A stretch of DNA of 24,041 nt, taken from contig DAHVNA010000032.1 of assembly GCA_027319565.1 (NCBI GenBank), forward strand, positions 1 through 24,041, in the 5' to 3' direction. This document shows, piece after piece, positions 1-8,172 of this stretch; position 1 is the first letter of the stretch, and every line of letters begins with the position of its first letter. The translations under genes and the position numbers were made by a program. The notes below the pieces were generated by a model. That model was not told where the DNA came from, ran no database searches, and saw only the letters and a program-made list of their open reading frames with translations. The stretch comes from Elusimicrobiota bacterium (lineage in GTDB: Bacteria; Elusimicrobiota; Elusimicrobia; UBA1565; UBA9628).

Positions 1-885
1 TCTGGAACCCCGACCATGGGGGGAGTGCTGATTTTTTTTGCCGTCTCCTTATCCGCCATTCTCTGGATGCGCCCCGATGACCGCTTTACGCACTTAATGC
101 TCATGGCCTCATCTATTTTGGCCGCTCTTGGGTTCTGGGATGATTATGTCAAGTTTTCAGCTAAAAACCCCTCCGGGATCAGTTCGCGCTCGAAATTTTT
201 GATTCAATCGGCCAGCGCGCTTCTGATTGTCTTTTATCTCGCCCTTTTTCCTCCCAACCCTGAATACGCGACCATCTTAAGCGTTCCTTACAGCAAGGAA
301 ATCTTTATTAATTTCGGCAGATTTTATTTCATATTGGCGACTCTCATGATTGTAGGGTCTTCCAACGCCGTCAATCTGACCGATGGGCAAGACGGTCTGG
401 CGATAGGGTCGGTCATTCTCTTTGCCATTACCTACGGAATTCTCGCTTACGTCGTCGGAAATCTTAAATTCGCCTCCTATTTAAGAATCATCCACGTTGA
501 GGGAGCGGGGGAAATCGCGGTTTATCTCTCGGCGGTCGTGGGAGGAAGTTTGGGATTTTTATGGTTTAACGCCTATCCCGCCGAGGTTTTTATGGGAGAC
601 ACGGGTTCTCTTTTTTTAGGCGGCATTATCGCGCTCGCCTCTCTTTGCGTCAAGCAGGAGCTTCTTTTACCCATCGCCGGAGGAATTTTCGTAGTTGAAA
701 CCGTCTCGGTTATCCTACAGATGGGTTCTTATAAATTGAGAAAAGGAAAACGAATCTTTAAAATGGCGCCCCTTCACCACCATTTCGAACTTGAAGGAAT
801 TCCAGAGCCCAAGGTGACCGTCCGGTTTTGGATCATAGGAATAGTGCTGATGCTTATCGCCCTCTCCTCTTTAAAGATGCGCTGA
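1..885 (+). CDS. mraY: Phospho-N-acetylmuramoyl-pentapeptide transferase, 5'-truncated by the window edge
   Basis: The frame is open from base 1 (SGTPTMGG, the conserved GTPTMGG motif). It contains DDY, SNAVNLTDGQDGL, VFMGDTGS and MAPLHHHFE motifs and multiple TM helices, and lies upstream of murD. Confidence 0.97.
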   Translation, partial: SGTPTMGGVLIFFAVSLSAILWMRPDDRFTHLMLMASSILAALGFWDDYVKFSAKNPSGISSRSKFLIQSASALLIVFYLALFPPNPEYATILSVPYSKEIFINFGRFYFILATLMIVGSSNAVNLTDGQDGLAIGSVILFAITYGILAYVVGNLKFASYLRIIHVEGAGEIAVYLSAVVGGSLGFLWFNAYPAEVFMGDTGSLFLGGIIALASLCVKQELLLPIAGGIFVVETVSVILQMGSYKLRKGKRIFKMAPLHHHFELEGIPEPKVTVRFWIIGIVLMLIALSSLKMR

Positions 886-889
886 TCCC

Positions 890-2263
890 ATGTTTGTCCC
901 AGCTGATTTTAAAGAGAAAAAAGCCTGCGTCATCGGCATAGGAAATTCCGGTTCCGCCGCCGCGAGACTGCTTCAAAAAAAAGGCTTTGAGGTTTTCATC
1001 AGCGACAGCCGTCCGATAAACGAAATTCAAGCGCTGCTCAAAGAAATCCCCAAGGAAATTCCCTGGGAAGCGAGCGGCCCCGGAAGAGAAGCCCTTTCCT
1101 GCGGCTTTGCGGTCAAAAGCCCCGGGCTTTCCTGGACTGCACCCATCATTCAAAAAATAAAAAATGCCGGCATCCCCATTTTTAGCGAGACGGAAGTCGC
1201 CCTTTCTTTTTCAAAAACAAAGCATATCATCTCTATCACCGGCACCAACGGGAAAACGACGACGACCGCTCTTACCGGAGAAATTTTTAGGCAAGGTCTT
1301 CCCTTTGGGCAAAACGTTTATGTCTGCGGCAATATCGGAAAAACAGTTTCCAGCTGCATTTTAGAGGCAAACCCTCAAGATTCCCTGGTGATTGAATCTT
1401 CAAGCTATCAGTTGGAAGACAGCAGTTTTTTCCATCCCCGAATTGCCGCTATTCTCAACATTCAGCCCGATCACCTCGACCATCACGGAAGTTTTGAAAA
1501 TTATATTCGCGCCAAGGCCCGGATTTTCCGCGAGCAAGACCCTTCGGATTTCTGTATTTTTAACTCCGACGATTTGGAAACCGTCAAACTGGCGAGAGAA
1601 TGTCACGCCCAAAAGCTTTTTTTTGGAAAAGACCCGAAGTCAAGCCACGCTTGGACTGAAGCGGGGAAAATTTACGCCCGGCTCAATTTAAAAGACGCTC
1701 CCGTTTCTTTGACGCCCCCAGCTCTTCCTGGCCGCCACAATCAAGAAAATGCGATGGCGGCCGTCTTAATCGCTTTAGCTTCTAAAATTCCCGCCTCTTC
1801 AATTCAAAAAGCTCTGACCCAATTCAAGGGAGTCGAACATCGCTTGGAAGAAGCGGGAAGCTACCGAAAAATCCGCTGCGTCAACGACTCAAAAGCGACC
1901 AATGTCGATTCAACATTAGTGGCGCTTAAGGCTTTTTCGGAAGTCAACAAAAAAATTATTTTAATTCTCGGCGGCCTCGATAAAGGCAGCCCTTACGCTC
2001 CCCTTAAACCACTCATCTCTCAATCGGCCAAGGCCGTTTTGACGATAGGAAAAGCCGCCGAAAAAATCGAAAGCGAATTAGCGGGAGTTGCGCCCATTTC
2101 CCATTGCGAAAACCTGGATAAGGCCGTTCAAAGGGCCTTTGAGATTGGAGAAGCGGGAGATATTTTACTTTTATCTCCGGCCTGCGCTTCTTTCGACCAA
2201 TTTAAAAATTTTGAAGAGCGCGGGAAAAAATTTAAAAAGATTCTTGAAAACTACAAGCGCTGA
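890..2263 (+). CDS. murD: UDP-N-acetylmuramoyl-L-alanine--D-glutamate ligase
   Basis: GIGNSG N-terminal Rossmann motif, VKSPG, P-loop ITGTNGKTTT, ESSSYQLE, DHLDHH, NDSKATN, LSPACASFDQF; dcw context. Confidence 0.97.
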   Translation: MFVPADFKEKKACVIGIGNSGSAAARLLQKKGFEVFISDSRPINEIQALLKEIPKEIPWEASGPGREALSCGFAVKSPGLSWTAPIIQKIKNAGIPIFSETEVALSFSKTKHIISITGTNGKTTTTALTGEIFRQGLPFGQNVYVCGNIGKTVSSCILEANPQDSLVIESSSYQLEDSSFFHPRIAAILNIQPDHLDHHGSFENYIRAKARIFREQDPSDFCIFNSDDLETVKLARECHAQKLFFGKDPKSSHAWTEAGKIYARLNLKDAPVSLTPPALPGRHNQENAMAAVLIALASKIPASSIQKALTQFKGVEHRLEEAGSYRKIRCVNDSKATNVDSTLVALKAFSEVNKKIILILGGLDKGSPYAPLKPLISQSAKAVLTIGKAAEKIESELAGVAPISHCENLDKAVQRAFEIGEAGDILLLSPACASFDQFKNFEERGKKFKKILENYKR

Positions 2264-3360
2264 TGCCCGCCCCGAAAACCTCTCCCTTTGACTTCTCTCT
2301 TTTATCGCTGGTTTTGATATTGGTTCTCTTTGGCCTCATCATGATCTATTCGGCTAGCGCTATTTGGGCCGAGCAGCATCTGGGGCAATCTTTTTACTTT
2401 TTCAAACGCCAGTTATTTTGGGCCGTTTTCGGCATCGGCGTCATGGGTCTTATCAGCCGGCTTAACTATAACCAATACCGCGAAAAAATCATGCCAATTT
2501 TAGCGGTGACGGTCATCGGACTTTTGTGGGCTCTCTTGGGCCACAAAGTGGGGGGAGCTCGGCGATGGATCAAGATCGGCCCGCTGGGAATTGAGCCGTC
2601 AGAGTTCGCGAAACTCAGTTGCATCATCATCTTGGCCTATTATCTGGATAAAAAGCGCAGTCGCCTTCGCTCTCCGATCTCAGGACTTTTAATTCCGGCC
2701 GTTCTTCTCTCGCCGATTATATTTCTTATCTCCAAAGAGCCCGATTTGGGAACCCCCGTTCTTATCTTTACCGTGTCTCTGGGCCTTCTCTTTACCGCCG
2801 GAGTCAAGCTCCGGCATATTTTAGCGGCGCTTTCGCTGTCCATTCCAGTCATCGCATATGAATTAATTCGCTTCCCTTACCGAAGAGCCCGCATGCTCAA
2901 TTTTCTCTCTCCTTTTCACGACGCTAAAAACACGGGATATCAGCTCGCGCAATCTCTCATCGCGGTAGGGCGCGGCGGAATTTTTGGGCAAGGGCTTGGC
3001 GCTTCCAATATTAAACTCATGTATCTGCCCACTCCGCACACCGATTTTATTTTCCCGGTTCTCTGCGAAGAGCTGGGGCTTATCGGCGCTAGCGCCCTTA
3101 TTATTCTCTTCGTGCTTTTCGCTCTCCGAGGAATTCAAATCGCAAAAAACGCGCCGAATTTATTTGGCAGCCTTCTTGCCGCCGGCATTACCTGGCTGAT
3201 TTCGCTCCAAGCTTTTTTTAATATGGCAATGTCGGTCGGGCTTTTGCCCACAAAGGGAATTCCCATCCCCTTTGTCTCTTTTGGGGGCTCCTCGCTATTG
3301 GCCAGCCTTATCGAAGTCGGAATTCTCCTCAACATCTCCAGACAAAAGAAAGTCGCATGA
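2263..3360 (+). CDS. ftsW: SEDS-family peptidoglycan glycosyltransferase FtsW
   Basis: GARRWI, EPSEFAK, EPDLGT, GYQLAQS, LPTPHTDFIF, PFVSFGGSS motifs; TGATG overlap with murD; sits between murD and murG. Confidence 0.95.
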   Translation: MPAPKTSPFDFSLLSLVLILVLFGLIMIYSASAIWAEQHLGQSFYFFKRQLFWAVFGIGVMGLISRLNYNQYREKIMPILAVTVIGLLWALLGHKVGGARRWIKIGPLGIEPSEFAKLSCIIILAYYLDKKRSRLRSPISGLLIPAVLLSPIIFLISKEPDLGTPVLIFTVSLGLLFTAGVKLRHILAALSLSIPVIAYELIRFPYRRARMLNFLSPFHDAKNTGYQLAQSLIAVGRGGIFGQGLGASNIKLMYLPTPHTDFIFPVLCEELGLIGASALIILFVLFALRGIQIAKNAPNLFGSLLAAGITWLISLQAFFNMAMSVGLLPTKGIPIPFVSFGGSSLLASLIEVGILLNISRQKKVA

Positions 3361-4442
3361 AAAAAATACTGATTGCCGCGGGAGGGACGGGCGGACATTT
3401 TTATCCCGGATTTTCCCTCGCCAAAAGCCTGCGCCAAAAAGGCTGGGAGGCGCTTTTTCTTTTGAGGACAAACGACCCCGCGCGAAAATTTCTCGATGAA
3501 GAGGGATTTCCCTCCGTTGAAATTCCCTTGCGCGGAATGCCAAGAAGTTTGAGCGGCTGGGGACGTTTTACGGCGAGCCTTTTTGAGTCTCTAAGAATAT
3601 CTCTTAACATCGTTTCCGATTTTAAGCCGGATGTCGTCATGGGAATGGGGGGATATCTTTCCTTTCCCGCGATTTTAGCGGCGGCGCTTAAAAGAAAACC
3701 TCGGCTGGTTCATGAGTCGAATGTTTTAATCGGCCTTTCCAACCGCGCCTGCGTTATTTTAGGCGCGAAACTTTTGCGCGGCCTTCCAGGGCCTGGCGGA
3801 ATTTTAGTTGGAACCCCCATCCGGCCCTCTCTCGCGCAAACCCTCGACCCCGTCAAAGCCAAGGAAGCCCTCGGCTTTGACTCAAAAATTCCGCTCATTT
3901 TGATTTTTGGAGGAAGCCAAGGCGCACGGGGAATCAACTTGGAGGTTCCGCCTATTCTCAAAAACATCGCTGTTCAATTTCCGCGCCGATTTCAAGTCCT
4001 CCATCTCAGTGGAAAAGATTTTGAATCCGTCAAAGCCGCCTATCAAGGCGCCGACATTCATGTCGAGGTCAAGGATTATTTTGAGGAAATGGACAAAGCC
4101 TACGGCGCTTGTGATCTGGTCATCTCGCGAGCGGGGGCGAGCACGATTGCGGAACTTTGCGCCCAAAAAAAACCCGCGATACTCATTCCATATCCCAACG
4201 CCGCCGCCAATCACCAGCTTGAAAACGCCAAGATAATAGAAAACGCCCGGGCGGGAATCATTCTACCGGAAGAAAATATTTCTTCCAAACTCTCAAGCCT
4301 GATCCAAGACATTCTTTTCTCTCAAGGGCATCGCGCCCTTATTATGAAGGAAGGATATGCCCGCATTCCCGTCCCGACGCCCTCTCAGGCGGAAAAAAAT
4401 CTCGTCGAAATGATTGAAAATATCGCCCGAAACAAGGTTTAG
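3357..4442 (+). CDS. murG: Lipid II N-acetylglucosamine transferase MurG
   Basis: AAGGTGGH, GMGGYLS, HESN, FGGSQGA, ISRAGASTIAE, HQLENA motifs; ATGA overlap with ftsW. Confidence 0.96.
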   Translation: MKKILIAAGGTGGHFYPGFSLAKSLRQKGWEALFLLRTNDPARKFLDEEGFPSVEIPLRGMPRSLSGWGRFTASLFESLRISLNIVSDFKPDVVMGMGGYLSFPAILAAALKRKPRLVHESNVLIGLSNRACVILGAKLLRGLPGPGGILVGTPIRPSLAQTLDPVKAKEALGFDSKIPLILIFGGSQGARGINLEVPPILKNIAVQFPRRFQVLHLSGKDFESVKAAYQGADIHVEVKDYFEEMDKAYGACDLVISRAGASTIAELCAQKKPAILIPYPNAAANHQLENAKIIENARAGIILPEENISSKLSSLIQDILFSQGHRALIMKEGYARIPVPTPSQAEKNLVEMIENIARNKV

Positions 4443-4444
4443 AA

Positions 4445-5083
4445 TTACTGCTGCGCCGTCACCAAAAATGGATTTCCGCCGCAAGCGCTCGCGTTAGACG
4501 CCGTTCCAGTGGGCGTTCCAGACACCTCGCCCAAGGTCAAAGGAACACTGACGGTACAGGTTGAAGGAGTGAGTCCGTTTCCGGAAATCTCCATATTGGA
4601 CGAAGTCAAATCGATTTGTCCGCTAATACTATCCACGCTTCCAGCGCTATTAATACAAATCAATTCGTTTGGAGAAAAAGTAAGGTTCAGTTGCCCATAA
4701 AAAGTGTAGCCCCCTGCAGTGCAACTCGACATTGACATTATCTCACCATTTCCAGAATATTCAATTTCCGTATCCGTACTTGAATTTGGGCACCCGGTTT
4801 CACTTCCCGGGGTTCCATAGGGAGCATAGATAACATCACTAAAGGTAATTCCCGCGCAGGTCTCAAAAGCCTTGGGTTGAAGGCGCCCCGAGGATTTCGC
4901 CTGATCTGGAGAAATAGAAGCCGGAGTCACGCTGGAATAGCTAAGAGCTAAATTCGTTAAATTTCCGACGGCGGCGGAGACGCTTCCCGATGCGGACGAA
5001 CTTGAACTGTGCTTCTGACACGCCGCGAAAACAAGCGCCGCGAGAAGAGAAATGACGCCCAAAACCAAAATATTTTTTTTCAT
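4445..5083 (-). CDS. Putative secreted lipoprotein, Ser/Thr/Gly-rich with six further cysteines; function unknown
   Basis: ATG at 5083 is preceded by GGGGG on the minus strand. MKKNILVLGVISLLAALVFAA-C is a type II signal with a lipobox, followed by a poly-Ser tether. The ORF track starts at TTG 5110, but MKK at 5083 fits a signal peptide better. Confidence 0.75.
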   Translation of the reverse strand: MKKNILVLGVISLLAALVFAACQKHSSSSSASGSVSAAVGNLTNLALSYSSVTPASISPDQAKSSGRLQPKAFETCAGITFSDVIYAPYGTPGSETGCPNSSTDTEIEYSGNGEIMSMSSCTAGGYTFYGQLNLTFSPNELICINSAGSVDSISGQIDLTSSNMEISGNGLTPSTCTVSVPLTLGEVSGTPTGTASNASACGGNPFLVTAQQ

Positions 5084-5182
5084 TAAACCCCCGGTTCCAA
5101 TATATACCAAATACTTTGACGCTTAGACCGGGCAAAAAGTGTCACGCAAAAAATGTTAACTGCCCATGTCCTTTCGCAATTT

Positions 5183-5272
5183 CCTTCCCCCCTTGCGGGG
5201 GAAGGTTAGGATGGGGGGACAATCAACCCCGCTCGCCCCCACCCCGCCCCTCCCCTATCAAGGGGGAGGGAG
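5183..5272. repeat. Inverted pair of REP-like GC-rich hairpin units (REPIN-like)
   Basis: Unit 1 (5183-5218) is CCTTCCCCC-cttgc-GGGGGAAGG-ttaggatgggggg. Unit 2 (5236-5272) is cccccaccccgc-CCCTCCCC-tatcaag-GGGGAGGG. Unit 2 is approximately the reverse complement of unit 1. Confidence 0.75.
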
Positions 5273-5294
5273 AGCACATGAGTGGTTATAAAAA

Positions 5295-5303
5295 TGTTAA
5301 AAT
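5295..5303 (+). promoter_or_regulatory. Extended -10 promoter element for aspS
   Basis: TG-t-TAAAAT immediately upstream of aspS; no clear -35. Confidence 0.45.
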
Positions 5304-5308
5304 AAATT

Positions 5309-7090
5309 TTGAAATCATCTATGCGCACCCATCACTGCGGGGAATTAGAGCTGAGCAAACTGGGAGAAAAAGTCTCTCTTTGCGGCTGGATTCACTCTAG
5401 GCGAGATCACGGAGGGGTTTATTTTTTCGATCTCAGGGACAGATCCGGGCGCGTTCAGGTCGTCGTCAACCCGGAAAATAAGCCCGCGTTTCTTGAGGCT
5501 GAAAAGCTCGGCGCGGAAGACGTCGTCCAAGTTTTAGGCCTTGTCCAAAAAAGGCCGGCGGGAACTCAGAACCCGAAACTTCCCACCGGCGACATTGAGA
5601 TTGCCGCCGCCGAAATCCGCGTTTTAAACCGCTCAAAAGTTTTGCCCTTTGAAATTGACGACAATATCGAGGTCGCCGAAGAAACCCGCCTCAAATACCG
5701 CTTCTTGGATTTAAGGCGCCCGCGAATGCTCAAAAACATGACTCTCCGCCACAAAATCGCGATCACGGTCCGAAAAGAACTCGACCGCATGGGCTTTTTG
5801 GAAATCGAGACTCCGATACTCACCAAGGCGACGCCCGAAGGCGCGCGGGATTTTCTCGTTCCCTCGCGTTTAAGCCCCGGAAGTTTCTACGCCCTTCCGC
5901 AGTCTCCGCAAGTTTTTAAACAGGTCTTGATGGCCTCCGGCATCGAGCGCTATTTCCAATTGGCGAGAGCTTTTCGGGACGAAGATTTAAGAAGCGACAG
6001 ACAGCCCGAGCACACGCAAATTGATTTAGAAATGTCTTTTGTCAAGGAGCGCGATATCCATTCCGTCGTCGAGACTTTTTTAAAAGCCGTCTTTAAAGAG
6101 GTTTTGGGCGTCGAAATTCAAACTCCTTTCCCGGAAATCGAGCATGCCGATTTGATGCGCCGCTACGGATCTGACAAGCCCGATCTCAGATACGGTTTTG
6201 AGATTCAAGACGTAACCGAGATTTTCAAAACTTCGGGGTTTAAGGTTTTCGCTCTCCCCGCCTCAACGGGGGGGGTTGTCCGAGGGCTGTCGGCGGCGGC
6301 CGATTTTCCGCGCGCTCAAATAGACAAGTTGACGGATCTCGCCAAATCCTTGGGCGCCAAGGGACTGGCTTGGATTAAATGGGAAGAGTCCGGCCCCAAT
6401 TCTCCCATCGCAAAATTTTTAAGCCCTTCCGAAATTGAATCCTTGAAAAATCTCTTCCAAGTAAAACCCGGGGACACGACTTTTTTCGCCGCCGATAAAG
6501 AAGAGGTCACCGTCAAGGTTCTTGGCGCCTTGAGAAAAGAGTTGATTTCGATTTTAAAACCCGCGCCTTCAAAGCCTTGGAGCTTTCACTGGGTCATTCA
6601 TTTTCCGCTTTTGGAATGGGAGCCGGAAGAAAAACGCTGGACCTTCGCTCACAATCCGTTTACCTCTCCGATTGAAGAAGAATTGCCGATGCTTGAGACC
6701 AGTCCCGGACAGATGAAATCCCATCAATATGATTTGGTTTTTAACGGAGTCGAGCTCGCCTCGGGATCTATCCGCAATCACCGGGCGGAAATTCAGCGCC
6801 GCATTTTTTCCCTGATGGGATATTCGCCCGAGGATCAAGAAGAGAAGTTTGGCATGCTTTTGCACGCTCTTGAATTCGGAGCTCCGCCGCATGGAGGAGT
6901 CGCTTTAGGCCTTGATCGTCTGGCCGCCATTCTCGCGGGAGAAGATTCCATCAGAGAAGTGATCGCCTTCCCCAAAACTCAAAAGGGAACCTGCCCTTTA
7001 AGCGGCTCTCCGTCTCCGGTAGAAGCCAAAAAACTTAAAGAGGCCCATATCCGTTTGGACCTGCCGGCTCTCCAAAAAACCGCCGCATAA
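5309..7090 (+). CDS. aspS: Aspartate--tRNA ligase, likely non-discriminating Asp/Asn type; start is TTG 5309 or ATG 5321
   Basis: MRTHHCGEL, RRDHGG, RLKYRFLDLR, ETPIL, PEGARDFLVPSR, FRDEDLRSDRQPE, GAPPHGGVALGLDR motifs, plus the bacterial GAD insertion. Confidence 0.97.
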   Translation: MKSSMRTHHCGELELSKLGEKVSLCGWIHSRRDHGGVYFFDLRDRSGRVQVVVNPENKPAFLEAEKLGAEDVVQVLGLVQKRPAGTQNPKLPTGDIEIAAAEIRVLNRSKVLPFEIDDNIEVAEETRLKYRFLDLRRPRMLKNMTLRHKIAITVRKELDRMGFLEIETPILTKATPEGARDFLVPSRLSPGSFYALPQSPQVFKQVLMASGIERYFQLARAFRDEDLRSDRQPEHTQIDLEMSFVKERDIHSVVETFLKAVFKEVLGVEIQTPFPEIEHADLMRRYGSDKPDLRYGFEIQDVTEIFKTSGFKVFALPASTGGVVRGLSAAADFPRAQIDKLTDLAKSLGAKGLAWIKWEESGPNSPIAKFLSPSEIESLKNLFQVKPGDTTFFAADKEEVTVKVLGALRKELISILKPAPSKPWSFHWVIHFPLLEWEPEEKRWTFAHNPFTSPIEEELPMLETSPGQMKSHQYDLVFNGVELASGSIRNHRAEIQRRIFSLMGYSPEDQEEKFGMLLHALEFGAPPHGGVALGLDRLAAILAGEDSIREVIAFPKTQKGTCPLSGSPSPVEAKKLKEAHIRLDLPALQKTAA

Positions 7091-7102
7091 TCCTATATTT
7101 TT

Positions 7103-7117
7103 AAGATTTAAAATCTT
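7103..7117. promoter_or_regulatory. Perfect 7-1-7 inverted repeat, possible operator
   Basis: AAGATTT-A-AAATCTT, just upstream of the -35 at 7131. It is AT-rich, so it could be chance. Confidence 0.3.
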
Positions 7118-7130
7118 TCTAAAAATTTGC

Positions 7131-7159
7131 TTGACAAATTAAATTCCTTTTTGTAGCTT
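7131..7159 (+). promoter_or_regulatory. Sigma70-type promoter of the cupredoxin-cyc2-c4 operon
   Basis: TTGACA (7131-7136), 17-nt spacer, TAGCTT (7154-7159); GGAGGA RBS at 7184-7189. Confidence 0.6.
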
Positions 7160-7162
7160 TAT

Positions 7163-7176
7163 TTGACGCACGTAAA
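7163..7176. promoter_or_regulatory. FNR/CRP-family-like box
   Basis: TTGAC-gcac-GTAAA, compared with the FNR consensus TTGAT-N4-ATCAA; lies just downstream of the predicted -10. Confidence 0.35.
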
Positions 7177-7198
7177 TTTTCACGGAGGAATTTAAAAT

Positions 7199-8146
7199 AT
7201 GAAGCGTTCAGACACTCTGGCTGATTTAATATTTAAATCTATCACTCTTTTTACGCTCGCACTGCCTCTCGCGGCGCGAGCCGACGGCGGAGTTTCCGGA
7301 AAAGTGACCTATCCCGGGCAATCGTCCAAAGAGGTCGTTCATATGGATGCCGATCAAACCTGCGTAAGCATGCACCCCGGCGGATTTGAATACAAATCCA
7401 TCGCGGTCAACCATAGCGGCGGGCTTGCCAACGTTTTTATTTACGTCAAAAAAGGTCTTGAAGGGAAAAAATTCCCAGCGCCCAAGGAAGCCAAGGTGGT
7501 TTTAGATCAAAAAGGCTGTTGGTATCACCCAAGAGTTTTCGGCATCATGGTTGGGCAAACCTTAAACGTTCAGAATTCCGATCCCTTGCTTCACAACGTG
7601 AACGCCGAGCCGGAATTTAACGCGCCCATGCCTCCCGGAACGCCTGATCTGGTCCGGGTCTTTAGAGAATCCCGCGTCATGTTCCCCATCCACTGCAATA
7701 TTCACGCTTGGATGCACGGTTTTGTGGGAGTCACGACCAATCCCTATTACGCCGTCTCTTCTGAAAACGGATCTTATAGCATCAAAGATCTTCCGCCGGG
7801 GCATTACACACTTCAGGCCTGGCAGGAAAAACTCGGCACCATCTCTAAAGAAGTGGATGTTCCGCCTTCGGGTTTAGTTCTCAACTTCCGCTTTGACCGT
7901 GGAGGCGGCGGGAAAGCCGAAGTGGGCGGAAGAGAAAGCGTCGCTTCAGCCGCTCCCATGCCACGAGCCAGACGCGCTCACAAAACCGTCGCGATGGGCA
8001 AAACTCGGCACGCCCGTCATCATGGAAACAAAAAAGTCCTCTTTTTAACCACTCCGGACGGAAACAAAACGCTTAAATGCAATGTTATCTCTAACAATGG
8101 AGAGGGAAAAGTATCTTTAGATTGTTCCGTGCTCGAGGCGCAATAA
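7199..8146 (+). CDS. Periplasmic cupredoxin-like protein (type-1 Cu motif) with a carboxypeptidase-regulatory-like beta domain and a C-terminal two-Cys module
   Basis: Signal peptide ending ARA-D; DQKGCWYHPRV, NSDPLLHNV and CNIHAWM (H...C-x2-H-x2-M copper ligand pattern); GSYSIKDLPPGHYTLQAW transthyretin-like strand pattern; Arg/His-rich linker. Confidence 0.75.
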   Translation: MKRSDTLADLIFKSITLFTLALPLAARADGGVSGKVTYPGQSSKEVVHMDADQTCVSMHPGGFEYKSIAVNHSGGLANVFIYVKKGLEGKKFPAPKEAKVVLDQKGCWYHPRVFGIMVGQTLNVQNSDPLLHNVNAEPEFNAPMPPGTPDLVRVFRESRVMFPIHCNIHAWMHGFVGVTTNPYYAVSSENGSYSIKDLPPGHYTLQAWQEKLGTISKEVDVPPSGLVLNFRFDRGGGGKAEVGGRESVASAAPMPRARRAHKTVAMGKTRHARHHGNKKVLFLTTPDGNKTLKCNVISNNGEGKVSLDCSVLEAQ

Positions 8147-8172
8147 TAAGCTCCAAGCCCCAATAAAATTCT

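Noticed and set aside
5116..5400. 94-aa plus-strand ORF
   Set aside because: Its Pro/Gly-rich sequence is simply the translation of the REP-like hairpins, and it overlaps aspS out of frame.
7199..8146. Calling the cupredoxin rusticyanin
   Set aside because: The C-x2-H-x2-M ligand loop and extra beta domain differ from rusticyanin's longer C-x4-H-x4-M loop.
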